NCBI GenBank assembly: GCA_964016885.1
Contig: OZ024742.1
Span: 123,814,001 to 123,878,000, forward strand
From: Eledone cirrhosa
Lineage: Eukaryota
Direction: 5' to 3'
Length of the DNA stretch: 64,000 nt
The position numbers were made by a program, and so were the translations under genes. Below, piece after piece: positions 60,353 through 64,000 of the stretch (its first letter is position 1; the number at the start of each line of letters is the position of its first letter). The notes under the pieces were generated by a model that saw only the letters and a program-made list of their open reading frames with translations, had not been told where the DNA came from and searched no databases.

Positions 60353-60403
60353 AGATTCTACAGGACAAGAACTGTTTCATTCTTTAGAAATCATCAGGAA
60401 TCT
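60353..60403 (-). ncRNA. Type I hammerhead with a full monomeric stem III
   Basis: Minus: agattc-CTGATGA-t ttct aa agaa t-GAAAcag ttcttgtc ctgTA-gaatct. Confidence 0.85.
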
Positions 60404-60859
60404 GGGTATCAAAAAATAAATATGCTATTTATAGGTCTCTACAAGTGGTAGGAGAGGGTGGGGAGTGGGGTGGGTGTAGGTCATTGGTTGACAGAAAAAG
60501 GAATTCATTAAAAGCTAATTCTACAAAGCTATAGTTTATTTTTATTATTATTAATTTTTGTTTTTAGAGTAACAAAGGCAGACAGAATTCTATAAACAGG
60601 TTCCGGATGGCATACGATTCCTTGTCATTAAGTTTCAGATGTCTATACGATCAGTGGGGGGTCAGTCATGGTAGATAGAATTAAAGGAAAGGGAGATTCT
60701 TTAAAATCTAAATTCATTAAGGTTCTACTAAGTGACAAAGGTTTAGAGAATTCTGTAGACAGATTCAAAATACTGAGTGCATATCTTACAATTATCTTCG
60801 AACTTCTCTTAAACTAATCAACTATATGCCAAAAATCAACAGACAAATTCACAAAAAAA

Positions 60860-62011
<1,152 letters not shown>

Positions 62012-62012
<1 letters not shown>

Positions 62013-63297
62013 ATTGGTAAACGGAATAGAAAATGCTGACAAATTGTTCACAGTTGAAAAATGCTTTAATTAGGAATAAAAGAGTATTAGTGATTGTATG
62101 GGTTAGTATTCAGTTGTGGTTTTAAGTTTTTAAGTTTTTACCGGTTGCGCATTATCTAAATGCTTTTCAAAAATAATTTTGAGATAGTGTCCGTGCTGTT
62201 TGCTCCGATCTGATTAGTTTTGGGAATTCTACGTGTTTTTATGTTAAAAAAGTGGCTCCAGCGTTATTTTTGTGTTGCAAAAATTCTTGTGGTCAAAACA
62301 ATTTTGATTAGTCGGTAAAGGTCATGTGAATGTAGAAAGTTGATTTTGCGCCAAGACTGTTTTTATGTTAAAAAAGTGGCTCCAGCAAAAATTCTTGGTC
62401 AAAACAATTTTGATTGGTCGGTAGAGGTCATGTGAATAAAAAATTGGTTGACTGTCCATAGATCCCAAGTTAAAATACGGGAATACAGGAAAATACCACT
62501 GAGTGAACACATTGATACCTGTTCCGCCCAAAATCATCCCAACTTCAGAATCTTTCCCCTCTACAAATTTAAAGATAATGCCACCCACACCCAGCGCATC
62601 AGCAAGGAATCTTACTTCATTAACAAATACGGACCCCGTCTAAACACTTCTCCCTAAGACGAACCCACAACATACACACGTCAACATACATACCTACATC
62701 AGCACACATCTCTACCCACATATAAACACAATGACACACGTAAACACACATGCTCTATGGTGCAATACAAAGAAATATATGTGCATGTATATGTATGTAT
62801 ATATGTATATATATATATATATATGTAGTGAATATATGTATGTGTATATATATATAGTGAATATCATTTCACACCTTTTATTGTTAAGATTTTTGATGTT
62901 CTATTAAGAGAACCGATTTTACTGAAAAAATCGAATAATGTACACCATTTTACCAGGGGGAAAAAAATACTGGTCCACCCACACACACCCACACACACAC
63001 ACACATACACATATATATACACAAACACATACACACGCGTACATCAACATACAAAGAGACTTATACACACACACACACGCACTTCTCCGTATAAGACAAA
63101 AGCTGAAAAATATCTTTTGACATGCTAAAATACCCCCCATTGCTTTCAGACACATTCTTACTGACCATCCCTGCCACCACAAATTACTCTGCTATACACA
63201 CACACACACACACACTTATCTTTTGAGATGCTAAAATACCCCCCATTGCTTTCAGACACATTCTTACTGACGATCCCTACCACCACGAATCACTCTA

Positions 63298-63355
<58 letters not shown>

Positions 63356-63424
63356 ATCTTAATAGCCATTTGACACACATCGCTGCTGGTCATTGTCGCA
63401 GCATCGAACACCTTACTACTACTA

Positions 63425-63464
<40 letters not shown>

Positions 63465-63970
63465 TCACACATACACACACACACACACATATCTGTTGTG
63501 AAAGAGTCATTTCTCAATCTTGGCGCAAAACCAATTTTATATTCACATGACCTCTACCGACCAATCAAAATTGTTTTGACCAAGAATTTTTGCTGGAGCT
63601 ACTTTTTAAACATAAAAACAGTCTTGGCGCAAAATCAACTTTTTACATTCACATGACCTCTACCGACTAATCAAAATTGTTTTGACCACAAGAATTTTTG
63701 CAACACAAAAATAACGCTGGAGCCACTTTTTTAACATAAAAACAGGTAGAATTCCCAAAACTAATCAGATCAGAGCAAACAGCACGGACACTCTATCTCA
63801 AAATTATTTTTGAAAAGCATTTAGATAATGCGCAACCGGTAAAAACTTAAAAACTTAAAATCACAACTGAATACTAACCCATACAATCATTAATACTCTT
63901 TTATTCCTAATTAAACCATTTTTCAACTGTGAACAATTTGTCAGCATTTTCTATTCCGTTTACCAATATA
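62012..63970 (+). mobile_element. Truncated PLE with ~440-bp inverted termini (62012-62449 / 63529-63970)
   Basis: Reverse-complement arms with an internal tandem duplication, enclosing an EN tail. Confidence 0.85.
62450..62657 (+). pseudogene. C-terminal half of a PLE GIY-YIG endonuclease
   Basis: TVHRSQVKIREYRKIPLSEHIDTC..FPLYK..RISKESYFINKYGPRLN. Confidence 0.8.
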
Positions 63971-64000
63971 TAATAACTTGTGTGTTACACCTCTATTCTT

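Noticed and set aside
62030-62072. CTGACAA-attgttcacagtt-GAAA in the inverted terminus
   Set aside because: Core mismatch, no stem I pairing, and antisense to the element ORF

Overview
AT-rich eukaryotic, non-genic DNA with no host exon I can support. The tRNA-derived SINEs and the (TA)n load suggest an octopod cephalopod, which is an inference. Nearly all ORF-track entries are translations of microsatellites. The real content is a retroelement graveyard: at least 7 decayed Penelope-like element (PLE) fragments (GIY-YIG endonuclease, one with RT), RTE and CRE LINE fragments, and two SINE families. The main signal is a large set of type I hammerhead ribozymes (HHRs), read by eye, from about 10 distinct sequence families, almost all next to (TA)n tracts. 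They include a near-perfect 311-bp x12 non-coding 'retrozyme' array and a ~431-bp x6 array. Both arrays flip orientation internally. Across many independent insertions the left arm carries the HHR on the minus strand and the right arm on the plus strand, so RNA 3' ends point outward into (TA)n. Several HHRs have greatly enlarged stem II domains, and several fold-back junctions fall inside the ribozyme. All structures were paired manually; no folding or database search was run.
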